NCBI RefSeq assembly: GCF_000023965.1
Contig: NC_013202.1
Coordinates: 2,070,001 to 2,102,000 of the forward strand
Source of the DNA: Halomicrobium mukohataei DSM 12286
GTDB lineage: Archaea; Halobacteriota; Halobacteria; Halobacteriales; Haloarculaceae
DNA: 32,000 bases
Direction of reading: 5' to 3'
Below the pieces are notes generated by a model that was given only the letters and a program-made list of their open reading frames with translations, searched no databases and was not told where the DNA came from. This document shows positions 1-8,926 of this stretch, one piece after another (positions within the stretch are counted from its first letter, which is position 1; each line of letters starts with the position of its first letter). Made by a program: the position numbers and the translations under genes.

Positions 1-1
1 T

Positions 2-2122
2 GACACGGTTCAACTACGCTCCACTCGCTCGGCGGCCGACCGGCCGTGGACGATCGAGCAGATCACGCCACTCGTCGAGCCGACTGCCGACACCACTTCG
101 GTTACGATCGACGCTTCCAGTATCGGTGCCGGGACCGTCGATGCAACCGTCGAAAATGGATCGTTCGCGGCGACGATCCAGCCCGATGTCTCGTCTGTCG
201 AAGACGGCACGTACACCTTGCCAGTGACGATCACCGACGAGGATGGCAACAGTCGAACGATCCAGTCGACGTCCGTAACCGTCGCGAAGGCACCTGAACA
301 ATCGGTTGCTATCGAGGAACGTATCGTCTCTGGACCTGCAGACGGTTCGATGGCGATCAACGTCTCGCTGGTGGACACCGACCGAGCGACGATCTCGATC
401 AGCCACGAGCAATCAGACTACAGGTCTACCAGTGTGATTGAGGACGACTCCGGAGACGGGACTGTGACGGTCCAGTTCGATCCATCGAGTGACTCGAATA
501 CCATCACCACTGCGAATCCAAGCGACACCGTTGGACACCTCTCTCTCAGCCCCGTTCCGGAAACCTCCGATGGTGACTACCTTGTCAGAACGAAGCCAGT
601 CCTCAACGACTCAGGTCCGTTCCCGGTCGCGGATAGTGCCCTGCTCTCCTTTGGAACACCCGAGCCAGATGTCTCTGGGCAGCCCACGATTGCACTCCGA
701 GACAGCGGCGGGGACGGCGTGTTAGATGACGGAGAGTCGCTCACCGCAGTCGTCGACAGTACACAGTCGCTCGATCCAGATCGGACTGCAGTGGCGGCGA
801 CGAATCAGTCGACTGGAACGAACGTCAGTTCGAACAGTCGCCCCATTGCGCTGGAGACCGACCAGTTGACCTGGATCTCGGATCACTCGCTCGACTCGGC
901 GAGATACGAAATCGTCTTGCAGCCCGATGGGCCGCGTCCGATCTCTGGCGTCGAGATCGCACACGCGAACGGATCGGCGATGCCCGAACACGTCGCAGTC
1001 ATCGTGACCGACGCCGACGGAAAAGAGCAGGTCTATAACCGCTCGCTCGCGAGTCGGAACGAGACGCTCACGATTCCGACGACCGAGGCGAAAGCGCTTC
1101 GGATCGTCGATCGCGACCGAACGAGGACTCGATCCTGGCATGTCACTGACCTCTCGTTCGTCGTCCCTGGCGGTGCGTACGAGACGGGAACGATTAACGC
1201 AACGTCACTCGGTGCCGGGACCGTTGTGATGAGCGAGGGCCAGAGCGGAGCGCTCAGTGCGACGTTCGAACCTGACCTCTCCGTTACGTCCCGTGATGAA
1301 GCGCAGCTGCCGGTCACTCTCACCAGCTACGACGATCGCTTTTTCCTCGGGGTGAGCGAGTCGATCTCGATCGCATCGTCGACAGATGCCGGGCAAGACG
1401 ACGGTGGGGGTGGCGACTCCGGTGACCAGACCGACAGCAACGACGATGGGACCGACGGTAACGACGACGGACCAAGCCGTGAGACCGGCGACGGCGTTTC
1501 CGGTGGGTCGACTGCACCGACTGGTCCCGTCTCCTCGGGGAGCACCGGTACGAACGTCGACATCGAGATCGTCGACGTGACACTGGCGAACCAGACCATC
1601 GAACCGGATTCGGACGTTCAACTGAACATCACGGTCGAGAACGCCGGCAACGCGGACGGAAGCGAGACAGTTCTGGTTACTGCGGGTGAGCACCGCTGGA
1701 CGACCGACGTGACCGTGCCGTCGCAGGAACGCAAGACAGTCAGCATTCGACGGTCGCTCTCGCAGGCAGGATCGTATACGGTCGAATCCGGGGACGTCAG
1801 TGCCGGGACACTCACGGTGACGGCGTCGAAGCCGGTATCGAACGAGACTACGACGCCAACACCGGTATCGACGGTCGACTCGACAGATACCGAGACTGCA
1901 GTCGAGACGGTGTCGGCCGACCAGACTGACACACCGGCCAAGTCACCGCCTCCAACGGATCGAACGACGCCCGAAGAGACGGTGACGGAGACGCTCGCCG
2001 AGGGTGGTGCACAAGCACGTGCGACGACAGAGACCACCAGCGAGAGCGGACCGATCGGACTGGGGACGGCGCTCGCTTCGCTTTCGGTGCTGTTCCTTAC
2101 GCTCTACCGGCGGACAGTATAG
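2..2122 (+). CDS. Secreted/cell-surface glycoprotein, 5'-truncated by the window edge (discoidin-like and CARDB-like regions, Thr-rich linker, PGF-CTERM-like anchor)
   Basis: Reading frame 2 has no stop from nt 2, and residues upstream of 218 read as real protein (..TVDATVENGSFAATIQPDVSSVEDGTYTLPVTITDEDGN..). The TTG at 218 in the ORF track is therefore not the true start. Stop is TAG 2120-2122. Many N-x-S/T sequons; D/T/S-rich. SGVEIAHANG...ALRIVDRD...SWHVTDLSFV resembles an F5/8 type C fold. DIEIVDVTLANQTIEPDSDVQLNITVENAGNADG resembles CARDB. Thr/Pro-rich linker, then C-terminal GPIGLGTALASLSVLFLTLYRRTV (hydrophobic helix plus basic tail, archaeosortase-substrate type). Confidence 0.7.
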   Translation, partial: DTVQLRSTRSAADRPWTIEQITPLVEPTADTTSVTIDASSIGAGTVDATVENGSFAATIQPDVSSVEDGTYTLPVTITDEDGNSRTIQSTSVTVAKAPEQSVAIEERIVSGPADGSMAINVSLVDTDRATISISHEQSDYRSTSVIEDDSGDGTVTVQFDPSSDSNTITTANPSDTVGHLSLSPVPETSDGDYLVRTKPVLNDSGPFPVADSALLSFGTPEPDVSGQPTIALRDSGGDGVLDDGESLTAVVDSTQSLDPDRTAVAATNQSTGTNVSSNSRPIALETDQLTWISDHSLDSARYEIVLQPDGPRPISGVEIAHANGSAMPEHVAVIVTDADGKEQVYNRSLASRNETLTIPTTEAKALRIVDRDRTRTRSWHVTDLSFVVPGGAYETGTINATSLGAGTVVMSEGQSGALSATFEPDLSVTSRDEAQLPVTLTSYDDRFFLGVSESISIASSTDAGQDDGGGGDSGDQTDSNDDGTDGNDDGPSRETGDGVSGGSTAPTGPVSSGSTGTNVDIEIVDVTLANQTIEPDSDVQLNITVENAGNADGSETVLVTAGEHRWTTDVTVPSQERKTVSIRRSLSQAGSYTVESGDVSAGTLTVTASKPVSNETTTPTPVSTVDSTDTETAVETVSADQTDTPAKSPPPTDRTTPEETVTETLAEGGAQARATTETTSESGPIGLGTALASLSVLFLTLYRRTV

Positions 2123-2137
2123 GGCCACCCCGACTGT

Positions 2138-2857
2138 CTATTGCTCGATACGTCCGTACGTCGAGCGCAGGTGTTCGAGGATCCAGTCGACGGTGTCCGC
2201 GTCGTACGTCCAGAAGCCGTAGAACTCTCTCGGGGCCCGTTCTTCGGCCAGCAGCGCGCACTTCTGACCGTCGTCGCCGCCGCCGTCGAAGACGACGAAC
2301 CACGACTCCTCGATCTCGGTCGCACGCTCGATGTGGAGCGTGAAGTTGTCGGTCTCTGGGCGCTCCTCGTCGGGTGCGGCGTAGGCGTGTACGTCTATCG
2401 CGCCGTCGCCCAGCTGCTCGTACCTGTCGAGTTCCCCCGCCAGCGTCGACACCGTCTGGAAACCGGCGTGGAGCGAGCCGCGACCGACGCGGAACGCCCG
2501 GTCTTCGATCTCTCTGGTCGCGGCCATCATCTGTCCGATGCTCCAGGACGTGAACATCGTCTCGTCGAGTTCGTCGAGGATCGGACGATACGGGCTCTGT
2601 TCGACGCCGATGGGCCGGTCGTTTCGAGCGAGTCGATCGGTGAACTGTTCGAGACTGGCCGCCGCGATCACCCCGTCCTCGTCACTCAGAGCGACGAACT
2701 CCCCGGGCCGTCCACTGACCGTCTCCTCGGCCGTGACGGCGACGTTTCGGTCGGAAAACTGCCGCCGAAGGTCGGCGGTCGCGTCATCTCCGGCGTTGAA
2801 CACGATGAGTCGTTTCTCGTGGTCTTCGACCCCGGCGATGAGTTCCGAAAGCGACAT
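2138..2857 (-). CDS. DICT-domain sensory protein (stand-alone)
   Basis: 239-aa acidic ORF with ATG start (cat 2855-2857). Its layout recalls haloarchaeal proteins annotated as DICT domain-containing (..MMAATREIEDRAFRVGRGSLHAGFQ..WFVVFDGGGDDGQKCALLAEE..FYGFWTYDADTVDWILEHL). Family assignment is from memory, not from a search. Confidence 0.55.
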   Translation of the reverse strand: MSLSELIAGVEDHEKRLIVFNAGDDATADLRRQFSDRNVAVTAEETVSGRPGEFVALSDEDGVIAAASLEQFTDRLARNDRPIGVEQSPYRPILDELDETMFTSWSIGQMMAATREIEDRAFRVGRGSLHAGFQTVSTLAGELDRYEQLGDGAIDVHAYAAPDEERPETDNFTLHIERATEIEESWFVVFDGGGDDGQKCALLAEERAPREFYGFWTYDADTVDWILEHLRSTYGRIEQ

Positions 2858-3090
2858 TGCGTCTACGGTAGCAACGGTCCGGGTCGGCTTAGGGGTTGTG
2901 CCTCGTCTCTGTCTGCCCGTTGTTCATGGTATTCCGTGTGCTAGCCGACCACTTGACATGTCGAAAACGGCCATTTGAGTGGTATCTGCGCGACGTTCAT
3001 GATTAATGGGGTGCGACGTAGTGGAAAATCTTTAGTCACGGCCCTCCAACGGTGGATATACGGCTTCCCAACTGGGGCCGATGATCTCAA

Positions 3091-4992
3091 ATGACAGATA
3101 ATGAACTAATCTGGCGAATCGCTGGCGGTTCCGGTGACGGGATCGACTCGACGAGCCAAAACTTCGCAAAGGCCCTGATGCGCTCGGGACTTGACGTTTT
3201 CACGCATCGTCACTATCCCTCGCGCATCCGAGGCGGCCACACGTTCGTAGAGGTACGCGCAGGCGACGAAGACGTACGCTCGCGCGGTGACGGCTACAAC
3301 TTCCTCCTCGCCCTCGGTGACTCCTTCGCACGGAACCCACAGGACGAAGCCTACTACGGCGACGAGGAAGTCAAGCCGCTCTCGGAGAACCTCCACGATC
3401 TCCGGGAGGGTGGCGTCATCGTCTACGACGAGGGACTCCTCGACGAGGACGCCATCGCCGAGCTGAACCTCGAAGCGCGTGCCGAGGAGAACGACTGGCA
3501 CGTCTACCCGATGAACCTCCGCGAGATGGCCCGCGAACACGGTCGCGAGGTCATGCGCAACACCGCTGGCGTCGCCGTCACGGCGGCGCTGCTGGATACG
3601 GACCCGGCCTTCTTCGAGGAGCTCATGCGAGAGAACATGTCGGGCGACATCCTCGAAGACAACCTCGCGGTGCTCGAAGACGCCTACGAGCGAGCCGAGG
3701 AACTCGAACACACCCACGATATCACGATGCCGGAAGCGGAAGACCACGACGACGAGCAGGTCCTCCTCTCCGGATCGAACGCTATCGCCTACGGTGCCCT
3801 CGACGAGGGCTGTCGCTTCATCGCTGGCTACCCCATGACGCCGTGGACCGACGTGTTCACGATCATGTCCCAGCACCTGCCGAAGTTCGGCGGGATCTCC
3901 GAGCAGGTCGAAGACGAGATCGCCGCGGCGGCGCTGGCACTCGGTGCCAGCCACGCTGGCGTCAAGTCGATGTCCGGCTCCTCGGGCGGTGGCTTCGCAC
4001 TGATGTCCGAACCGCTCGGTCTCGCCGAGATGACCGAGACGCCGGTCGTGCTCGTCGAAGCGATGCGCGCCGGCCCCTCGACCGGGATGCCGACCAAGCC
4101 CGAGCAGGCCGACCTCGAACACGTCCTGTACACGAGTCAGGGCGACTCGGCTCGCGTCGTCTTCGCACCCGCCAACATCCGGGAGTGCTACGACCAGACG
4201 CGAGCGGCCTTCCGGATCGCCTACGAGTACCAGATCCCGTCGATCGTGATCTACGACCAGAAGCTCCAGGGCGAGCTTCGCAACGTCGACGAGAGCTTCT
4301 TCGACCGCGAGCCAAACGCCGACCCCGGCTCCGTGCTCACCGAAGAGGAGATCGCCGACGCGGCCCACCACGCGTCGGGCAAGTTCCAGCGCTTCCAGCA
4401 CGAACCGGAGGACGGCTCCAACGTGAGCCCGCGCTCGGTGCCCGGCCAGAAGGACGGCCGCTACCTCGCGACCGGCAACGAACACAACCCGTCGGGCCAC
4501 ATCAGCGAGGACCCCGACAACCGGATCGCACAGATGAACCGTCGGCTGGACAAGCTCGACGACATCCGTGCTGACTTAGACGAGAACACGTCCCACCAGA
4601 CCTACCACGGTCCGGAGGACGCCGACTACGGCATCCTCGTGTGGGGCAGCCACCAGGACACCGTCTTCGAGGCCGTCGACCGTCTCAACGACGGCGGCCA
4701 CTCCGTGAAGGCACTCGGCGTCTCCGATATGGCACCCTACCCCGTCGAAGAGGTCTCGGCGTGGCTCGAATCCGTCGACGAGGCGCTCGTCGTCGAGATG
4801 AACGCCAGCGCACAGTTCCGCGGCCTCACGCAGAAGGAGATCGGCCGCTTCGGTCCGAAACTCTCCAGTCTGCTGAAGTACAACGGGAACCCGTTCGAAC
4901 CGGCGGAGATCGTCGAGGGCTTCGAGACCAGCATCAACGGCGAGGATCTCGCCGCGAGCAACATGAAGTACCTCCCAGCGGCAGGTGACTAA
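3091..4992 (+). CDS. porA: 2-oxoacid:ferredoxin oxidoreductase alpha subunit (size fits the pyruvate:ferredoxin oxidoreductase type)
   Basis: 633 aa. N-terminus IWRIAGGSGDGIDSTSQNFAKALMRSGL is typical of the fused gamma/alpha subunit of haloarchaeal two-subunit OFORs. A beta-subunit gene follows 3 nt downstream. The alpha ~630 aa / beta ~312 aa sizes match the Por rather than the shorter Kor pair, as far as I recall; substrate not proven. Confidence 0.88.
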   Translation: MTDNELIWRIAGGSGDGIDSTSQNFAKALMRSGLDVFTHRHYPSRIRGGHTFVEVRAGDEDVRSRGDGYNFLLALGDSFARNPQDEAYYGDEEVKPLSENLHDLREGGVIVYDEGLLDEDAIAELNLEARAEENDWHVYPMNLREMAREHGREVMRNTAGVAVTAALLDTDPAFFEELMRENMSGDILEDNLAVLEDAYERAEELEHTHDITMPEAEDHDDEQVLLSGSNAIAYGALDEGCRFIAGYPMTPWTDVFTIMSQHLPKFGGISEQVEDEIAAAALALGASHAGVKSMSGSSGGGFALMSEPLGLAEMTETPVVLVEAMRAGPSTGMPTKPEQADLEHVLYTSQGDSARVVFAPANIRECYDQTRAAFRIAYEYQIPSIVIYDQKLQGELRNVDESFFDREPNADPGSVLTEEEIADAAHHASGKFQRFQHEPEDGSNVSPRSVPGQKDGRYLATGNEHNPSGHISEDPDNRIAQMNRRLDKLDDIRADLDENTSHQTYHGPEDADYGILVWGSHQDTVFEAVDRLNDGGHSVKALGVSDMAPYPVEEVSAWLESVDEALVVEMNASAQFRGLTQKEIGRFGPKLSSLLKYNGNPFEPAEIVEGFETSINGEDLAASNMKYLPAAGD

Positions 4993-4995
4993 GCT

Positions 4996-5934
4996 ATGAG
5001 TGCATTCTCAGCAATCGGCGACGAACGCGAGGTTGACCGCGACGAGTTTACGCCCGGTATCGAACCACAGGCGACGTGGTGTCCCGGCTGTGGCGACTTC
5101 GGCGTCCTGAAGGCGCTCAAGCAGGCCATGCCGGAGGTCGGCCGCAACCCCGACGAGGTCGCGCTGTTTACCGGTATCGGCTGTTCGGGCAAGCTCAACA
5201 GCTACTTCAACAGCTACGGCTTCCACACCATCCACGGGCGCTCGCTGCCCGTCGCACGTGCGGCAAAGCTCGCGAACCCCGACGTCGAGGTCATCGCGGC
5301 CGGCGGTGACGGCGACGGCTACGGGATCGGCGGGAACCACTTCATGCACACTGCCCGCGAGAACCACGACATGACCTACATCGTGTTCAACAACGAGATC
5401 TTCGGCCTCACCAAGGGCCAGACCTCGCCGACCTCCCCGAAGGGCCACAAGTCAAAGACCCAGCCCTCGGGTTCGGCGAAGTCCCCGATCCGCCCGCTCA
5501 GCCTCGCGCTGACCTCCGGTGCGACGTACGTCGCCCGGACCGCGGCGGTCAACCCCAACCAGGCAAAGGAGATCATCGCGGAAGCGATCGAACACGACGG
5601 CTTCGCGCACATCGACTTCCTGACCCAGTGTCCGACCTGGAACAAGGACGCGAAGCACTACGTCCCGTACACGGACATCCAGCAGTCCGACGACTACGAC
5701 TTCGACACCTCGAACCGCGAGGAAGCCCAGAAGATGATGTTCGAGACGGAGAACAAACTCTACGAGGGCGAGGTCCTGACCGGACGCTACTACGTCGACG
5801 ACGAGAGCCCCTCCTACCAGGAAGAGAAGCAGGCCACCGGTGAGATGCCCGAAGAACCGCTCGCAGAGCGGTACTTCGACGAGGACTACGAGTGGGAACG
5901 CACTGCCGACTCCCTGCTCGACCACCACAAGTAA
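4996..5934 (+). CDS. porB: 2-oxoacid:ferredoxin oxidoreductase beta subunit (TPP-binding)
   Basis: 312 aa. WCPGCGDFG motif and TPP-binding GGDGDGYGIGGNHF..FNNEIFGLTKGQ. Tightly coupled to the alpha gene. Confidence 0.9.
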   Translation: MSAFSAIGDEREVDRDEFTPGIEPQATWCPGCGDFGVLKALKQAMPEVGRNPDEVALFTGIGCSGKLNSYFNSYGFHTIHGRSLPVARAAKLANPDVEVIAAGGDGDGYGIGGNHFMHTARENHDMTYIVFNNEIFGLTKGQTSPTSPKGHKSKTQPSGSAKSPIRPLSLALTSGATYVARTAAVNPNQAKEIIAEAIEHDGFAHIDFLTQCPTWNKDAKHYVPYTDIQQSDDYDFDTSNREEAQKMMFETENKLYEGEVLTGRYYVDDESPSYQEEKQATGEMPEEPLAERYFDEDYEWERTADSLLDHHK

Positions 5935-5977
5935 CGCCGCTCGGCGGGACTGCATCCTCGTTTGTGTATTCGGAAGG

Positions 5978-5985
5978 TATTTTTT
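5978..5985 (+). promoter_or_regulatory. TATA-like box (TATTTTTT) for the Lrp/AsnC gene; may also act as a T-rich terminator for porAB
   Basis: The only AT-rich stretch in the spacer. Centred ~27 nt upstream of ATG 6008, the spacing expected for a leaderless haloarchaeal transcript. Confidence 0.4.
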
Positions 5986-6007
5986 CGTCCGTGGCAAAGA
6001 AACGTCT

Positions 6008-6436
6008 ATGAGCGTCGATTCTACGGAGCGCCGCATTCTCTCTGTCCTGGAGGACGATGCACAGGCATCGTACGCGGAGATCGCCGAACGGGCGGACGTT
6101 TCGAAACCGACCGTCCGAAAGTACATCAACAAACTCGAAGACGAAGGCGTCATCGTCGGCTACTCGGCCGACGTGAACCCGAAGAAGCTATCGAGCCAGT
6201 CGATCGCACTGGTCGGGATGGACGTCGCGAGCGACTGTTACGTCGAGGTGACCCGAGCGCTCTCCTCGATCGACGCCGTCGAGTCGCTGTACACGTCCAG
6301 TGGCGACCACATGCTCATGGCGGAAGTGCGGGCCGCCGACGGCGGCGAAGTCGGCGAGATCATCGAAGACGAGATCCTCTCGACGGAGGGAGTCACGGCG
6401 GCACATCCCTCGTTCCTCCAGGAGCGGCTCAAGTAA
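6008..6436 (+). CDS. Lrp/AsnC family transcriptional regulator
   Basis: 142 aa from internal ATG 6008 of ORF 5840-6436. ERRILSVLEDDAQASYAEIAERADVSKPTVRKYINKLEDEGVIVGY is a classical AsnC-type HTH, followed by a RAM/ligand domain. The upstream in-frame extension overlaps porB and is basic and non-protein-like. Confidence 0.85.
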   Translation: MSVDSTERRILSVLEDDAQASYAEIAERADVSKPTVRKYINKLEDEGVIVGYSADVNPKKLSSQSIALVGMDVASDCYVEVTRALSSIDAVESLYTSSGDHMLMAEVRAADGGEVGEIIEDEILSTEGVTAAHPSFLQERLK

Positions 6437-6471
6437 GTGGTTTTTAGACGCTCCATCGCTCACTCTCGCGT

Positions 6472-7962
6472 ATGACTTCTCGCCTGGTGTTGGGGGCGGG
6501 GCCGCTCGTCCGGTCACTGCTCGACGAACTCGCAGCCGGCCGTGGCGAGGTGACGGTCCTGACCGAGGACGAACACCGGGTCGACACGCTCCGTACGGAC
6601 GCGATCACGGTGCAGTTGGCCGATCCAGCCGACCGTTCGGTACTGTCGTCGCTGGACGTGACGCCGGAGACGGTGTTCGTCGCTGTCGGCGACGCCAAGC
6701 GCAACGCGGCCGTCGCGCAGGCGGTGCGATCTGTCTTTCCCTCTGCGATGCTCGTCGCCTACAGCGGACTGGAGACCGATCCGGCGGTCGACGACGCACT
6801 CGAACACGTCGCCGACCGGGTCGTCGATCCCGGCGCGGCGATCACCGACCACCTCATGGAACGCGTCGGCGAGGCCGGTCTGCGGACTCGACAGCTCCAG
6901 CGCGTGTTACGCGACGTGGACGGAACGCTGGCGGTCGTCATGCACGACAACCCGGATCCAGACGCCATCGCGAGCGGGGTGGCGCTGTCGCGGCTGGCAC
7001 AGGCCGTCGGCTGTGAGACGGAGCTGTGTTACTACGGCGAGATTACCCACCAGGAGAACAGAGCGTTCGTGAACCTACTGGAGTTCGACCTCCAGAACCT
7101 CGACGCCGACGCGGATCTCGACGCGTACGACGGCTTCGCGCTGGTCGATCACTCCCGCCCCGGCGTCAACGATCAGCTCCCGCCCGAGACGCCCATCGAC
7201 ATCGTCGTCGATCACCACCCGCCGCGCGCGCCCGTCGAGGCGCGGTTCGTCGATCTCCGGAGCGACGTGGGTGCGACCAGTACGCTGCTTGCCGACTATC
7301 TCCGCCGGTTCGACTCGCTCGTCGAAGAGGCGGTCGCGACGGGACTCCTCTTTGGCATCAGCGTCGACACGCGCGAGTTCCGACGCGAGGTGTCGGTCGA
7401 CGACTTCGAGGCCGCGGCCTACTTGCTGCCACACGCCGACCTCGACATCCTCCAGCGCATCGAGGACCCGAGCATGAGCGCCGACACGCTCGACACGATC
7501 GGACACGCGATCGCGAACCGCCAGCGGGAGGGTTCGGTGCTGCTGAGCTGCGTGGGAGAGCTCTCGGACCGCGACGCGCTCGCACAGGCAGCGGATCGAC
7601 TGCTCGACCTCCAGGGAATCAACTCGACGCTGGTCTACGGCGTCAAGGACGGAACGATCTACGCGTCGGCGCGCGCTCGCGGGACCGAGATCGACCTCGG
7701 TGAAGTGCTCCGCGAGGCGTTCGGCCAGATCGGCAGTGCGGGGGGCCACGCCGACATGGCCGGTGCCCAGATCACGCTGGGCGTCCTCGAATCCATCGAG
7801 GACCGGGACGAGTCGCTCCACGAGGTCGTTCGCGCCGTCGTCGACGACCGGTTCCTCGACGCCGTTCAGGCCCGCCCCAACCATCTCCTGAGCCCGGTGT
7901 ACACGGCACCGCGCTACGGAGTGACCGACGGGTATCTCGACGTCGAGGACGGCGAGGAGTGA
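6472..7962 (+). CDS. DHH/DHHA1 family phosphoesterase with N-terminal TrkA-N (RCK_N)-like Rossmann domain
   Basis: N-terminus LVLGAGPLVRSLLDEL..VTVLTEDEHRVDTL..LADPADRSVL..AVGDAKRNAAVAQAVR fits TrkA-N. DHH motifs HDNPDPDAIAS, LVDHS and VVDHHPP. DHHA1 motif GGHADMAGAQI. Confidence 0.8.
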   Translation: MTSRLVLGAGPLVRSLLDELAAGRGEVTVLTEDEHRVDTLRTDAITVQLADPADRSVLSSLDVTPETVFVAVGDAKRNAAVAQAVRSVFPSAMLVAYSGLETDPAVDDALEHVADRVVDPGAAITDHLMERVGEAGLRTRQLQRVLRDVDGTLAVVMHDNPDPDAIASGVALSRLAQAVGCETELCYYGEITHQENRAFVNLLEFDLQNLDADADLDAYDGFALVDHSRPGVNDQLPPETPIDIVVDHHPPRAPVEARFVDLRSDVGATSTLLADYLRRFDSLVEEAVATGLLFGISVDTREFRREVSVDDFEAAAYLLPHADLDILQRIEDPSMSADTLDTIGHAIANRQREGSVLLSCVGELSDRDALAQAADRLLDLQGINSTLVYGVKDGTIYASARARGTEIDLGEVLREAFGQIGSAGGHADMAGAQITLGVLESIEDRDESLHEVVRAVVDDRFLDAVQARPNHLLSPVYTAPRYGVTDGYLDVEDGEE

Positions 7963-8007
7963 CGGACCGCCGGGGCCTTTTTCTCTCGTGGTCTCGTCCC
8001 AGAACAC

Positions 8008-8874
8008 ATGGAAGCGGACGGCGAACCACGCGTTCGAGAGTACATGACCAGCGACGTGGCCACGGTGTCGCCCGACGACACGGTCGAAGCGGTGGCCCAT
8101 CGAATCGCCGAAAGCGACGAGTACAGCGGCTTTCCGGTGTGTGAGGGGCGTCGTGTCGAGGGCTTCGTCAGCGCCCGGGACCTGTTGCTGGCCGAGGATC
8201 ACGAGCCGATGTTTCGCGTGATGAGCGACGACATCCTCGTCGCTCACCCGGAGATGGGCGTTCAGGACGCGGGGCGGGTCATCCTCCGGTCCGGCATCCA
8301 GAAACTCCCGGTCGTCGACGACGCGGGCCATCTCGTCGGCATCATCTCGAACGCGGACGTGATCCGTTCGCACATCGAGCGCGCGACGCCGAACAAGGTC
8401 GACAAGCTCACTCGGACCCTGGAGTCGATCCACGACGTGTCCGCGCGGGACGAACGGCGCGAGGTCGTCATCGACGAGCTGGTGCCGACACAGGGGACCG
8501 TCTACGCGGACGAACTGGAGGGGCGGACCTACGAACTCAAACGCGGACTCGCCGAGCCGCTCGTTGTCATCGACAACGGGGGGCTCCAGCCGCCCGATCA
8601 GGCGACCGTCACCGAGTTCGCCGACGGCGAGAGCCCGGAGCAGACCCGCGAGCTGTTGCTGGCCGACGGGCACCACCGCGTGAAAGCGGCCGAGCAGCTG
8701 GACATCGAGACGATGGACGCCTACGTGATCGTGCTGGACGACCCCGTCGACCTCGGGATGGCACGCACCGCCGACGATGCGGACCTCACTTCGATCAGCG
8801 ACATCGAGGTGGTCGACTACGCGCGCCACCCGCTGGTCGAGACGACCGAACGCCTCCAGGGCGAAGACGACTAG
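8008..8874 (+). CDS. CBS-pair protein fused to a ParB/sulfiredoxin-like domain
   Basis: Two CBS repeats (YMTSDVATVSPDDTVEAV... and VMSDDILVAHPEMGVQDAGRVILRSGIQKLPVVDDAGHLVGIISNADV). These are followed by LVPTQGTVY...LLADGHHRVKAAEQL, typical of the ParB N-terminal/Srx fold. The start could instead be ATG 8044. Confidence 0.72.
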   Translation: MEADGEPRVREYMTSDVATVSPDDTVEAVAHRIAESDEYSGFPVCEGRRVEGFVSARDLLLAEDHEPMFRVMSDDILVAHPEMGVQDAGRVILRSGIQKLPVVDDAGHLVGIISNADVIRSHIERATPNKVDKLTRTLESIHDVSARDERREVVIDELVPTQGTVYADELEGRTYELKRGLAEPLVVIDNGGLQPPDQATVTEFADGESPEQTRELLLADGHHRVKAAEQLDIETMDAYVIVLDDPVDLGMARTADDADLTSISDIEVVDYARHPLVETTERLQGEDD

Positions 8875-8895
8875 GGTCTCTCGACGCGTACAAGA

Positions 8896-8901
8896 TTTAT
8901 T
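8896..8901 (+). promoter_or_regulatory. TATA-like box (TTTATT) for the methylmalonyl-CoA mutase gene
   Basis: AT-rich hexamer centred ~29 nt upstream of ATG 8927. Supports 8927 as the start rather than the 8777 start in the ORF track. Confidence 0.4.
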
Positions 8902-8926
8902 GTCACATGATGTCAACGAACACAGT

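Noticed and set aside
3106-4500. 464-aa minus-strand ORF antisense to porA, and similar antisense or alternate-frame ORFs (12024-13409, 9175-10683, 14387-15412, 8903-9913, 20050-20868, 26413-27582)
   Set aside because: All overlap genes with strong family signatures. Their translations are basic and low-complexity. None has its own promoter-like box.
5840-6007. N-terminal extensions proposed by the ORF track (5840 for lrp, 8777 for mcm, 11625 for acs, 16944 for the 848-aa gene, 17013 for the 131-aa gene, 24565 for the 158-aa gene, 21062 for trm112)
   Set aside because: The extensions overlap upstream genes or cross AT-rich promoter DNA. They are basic or Cys-rich and non-conserved in appearance. 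Internal ATGs give canonical family N-termini with TATA-like boxes at about -27.
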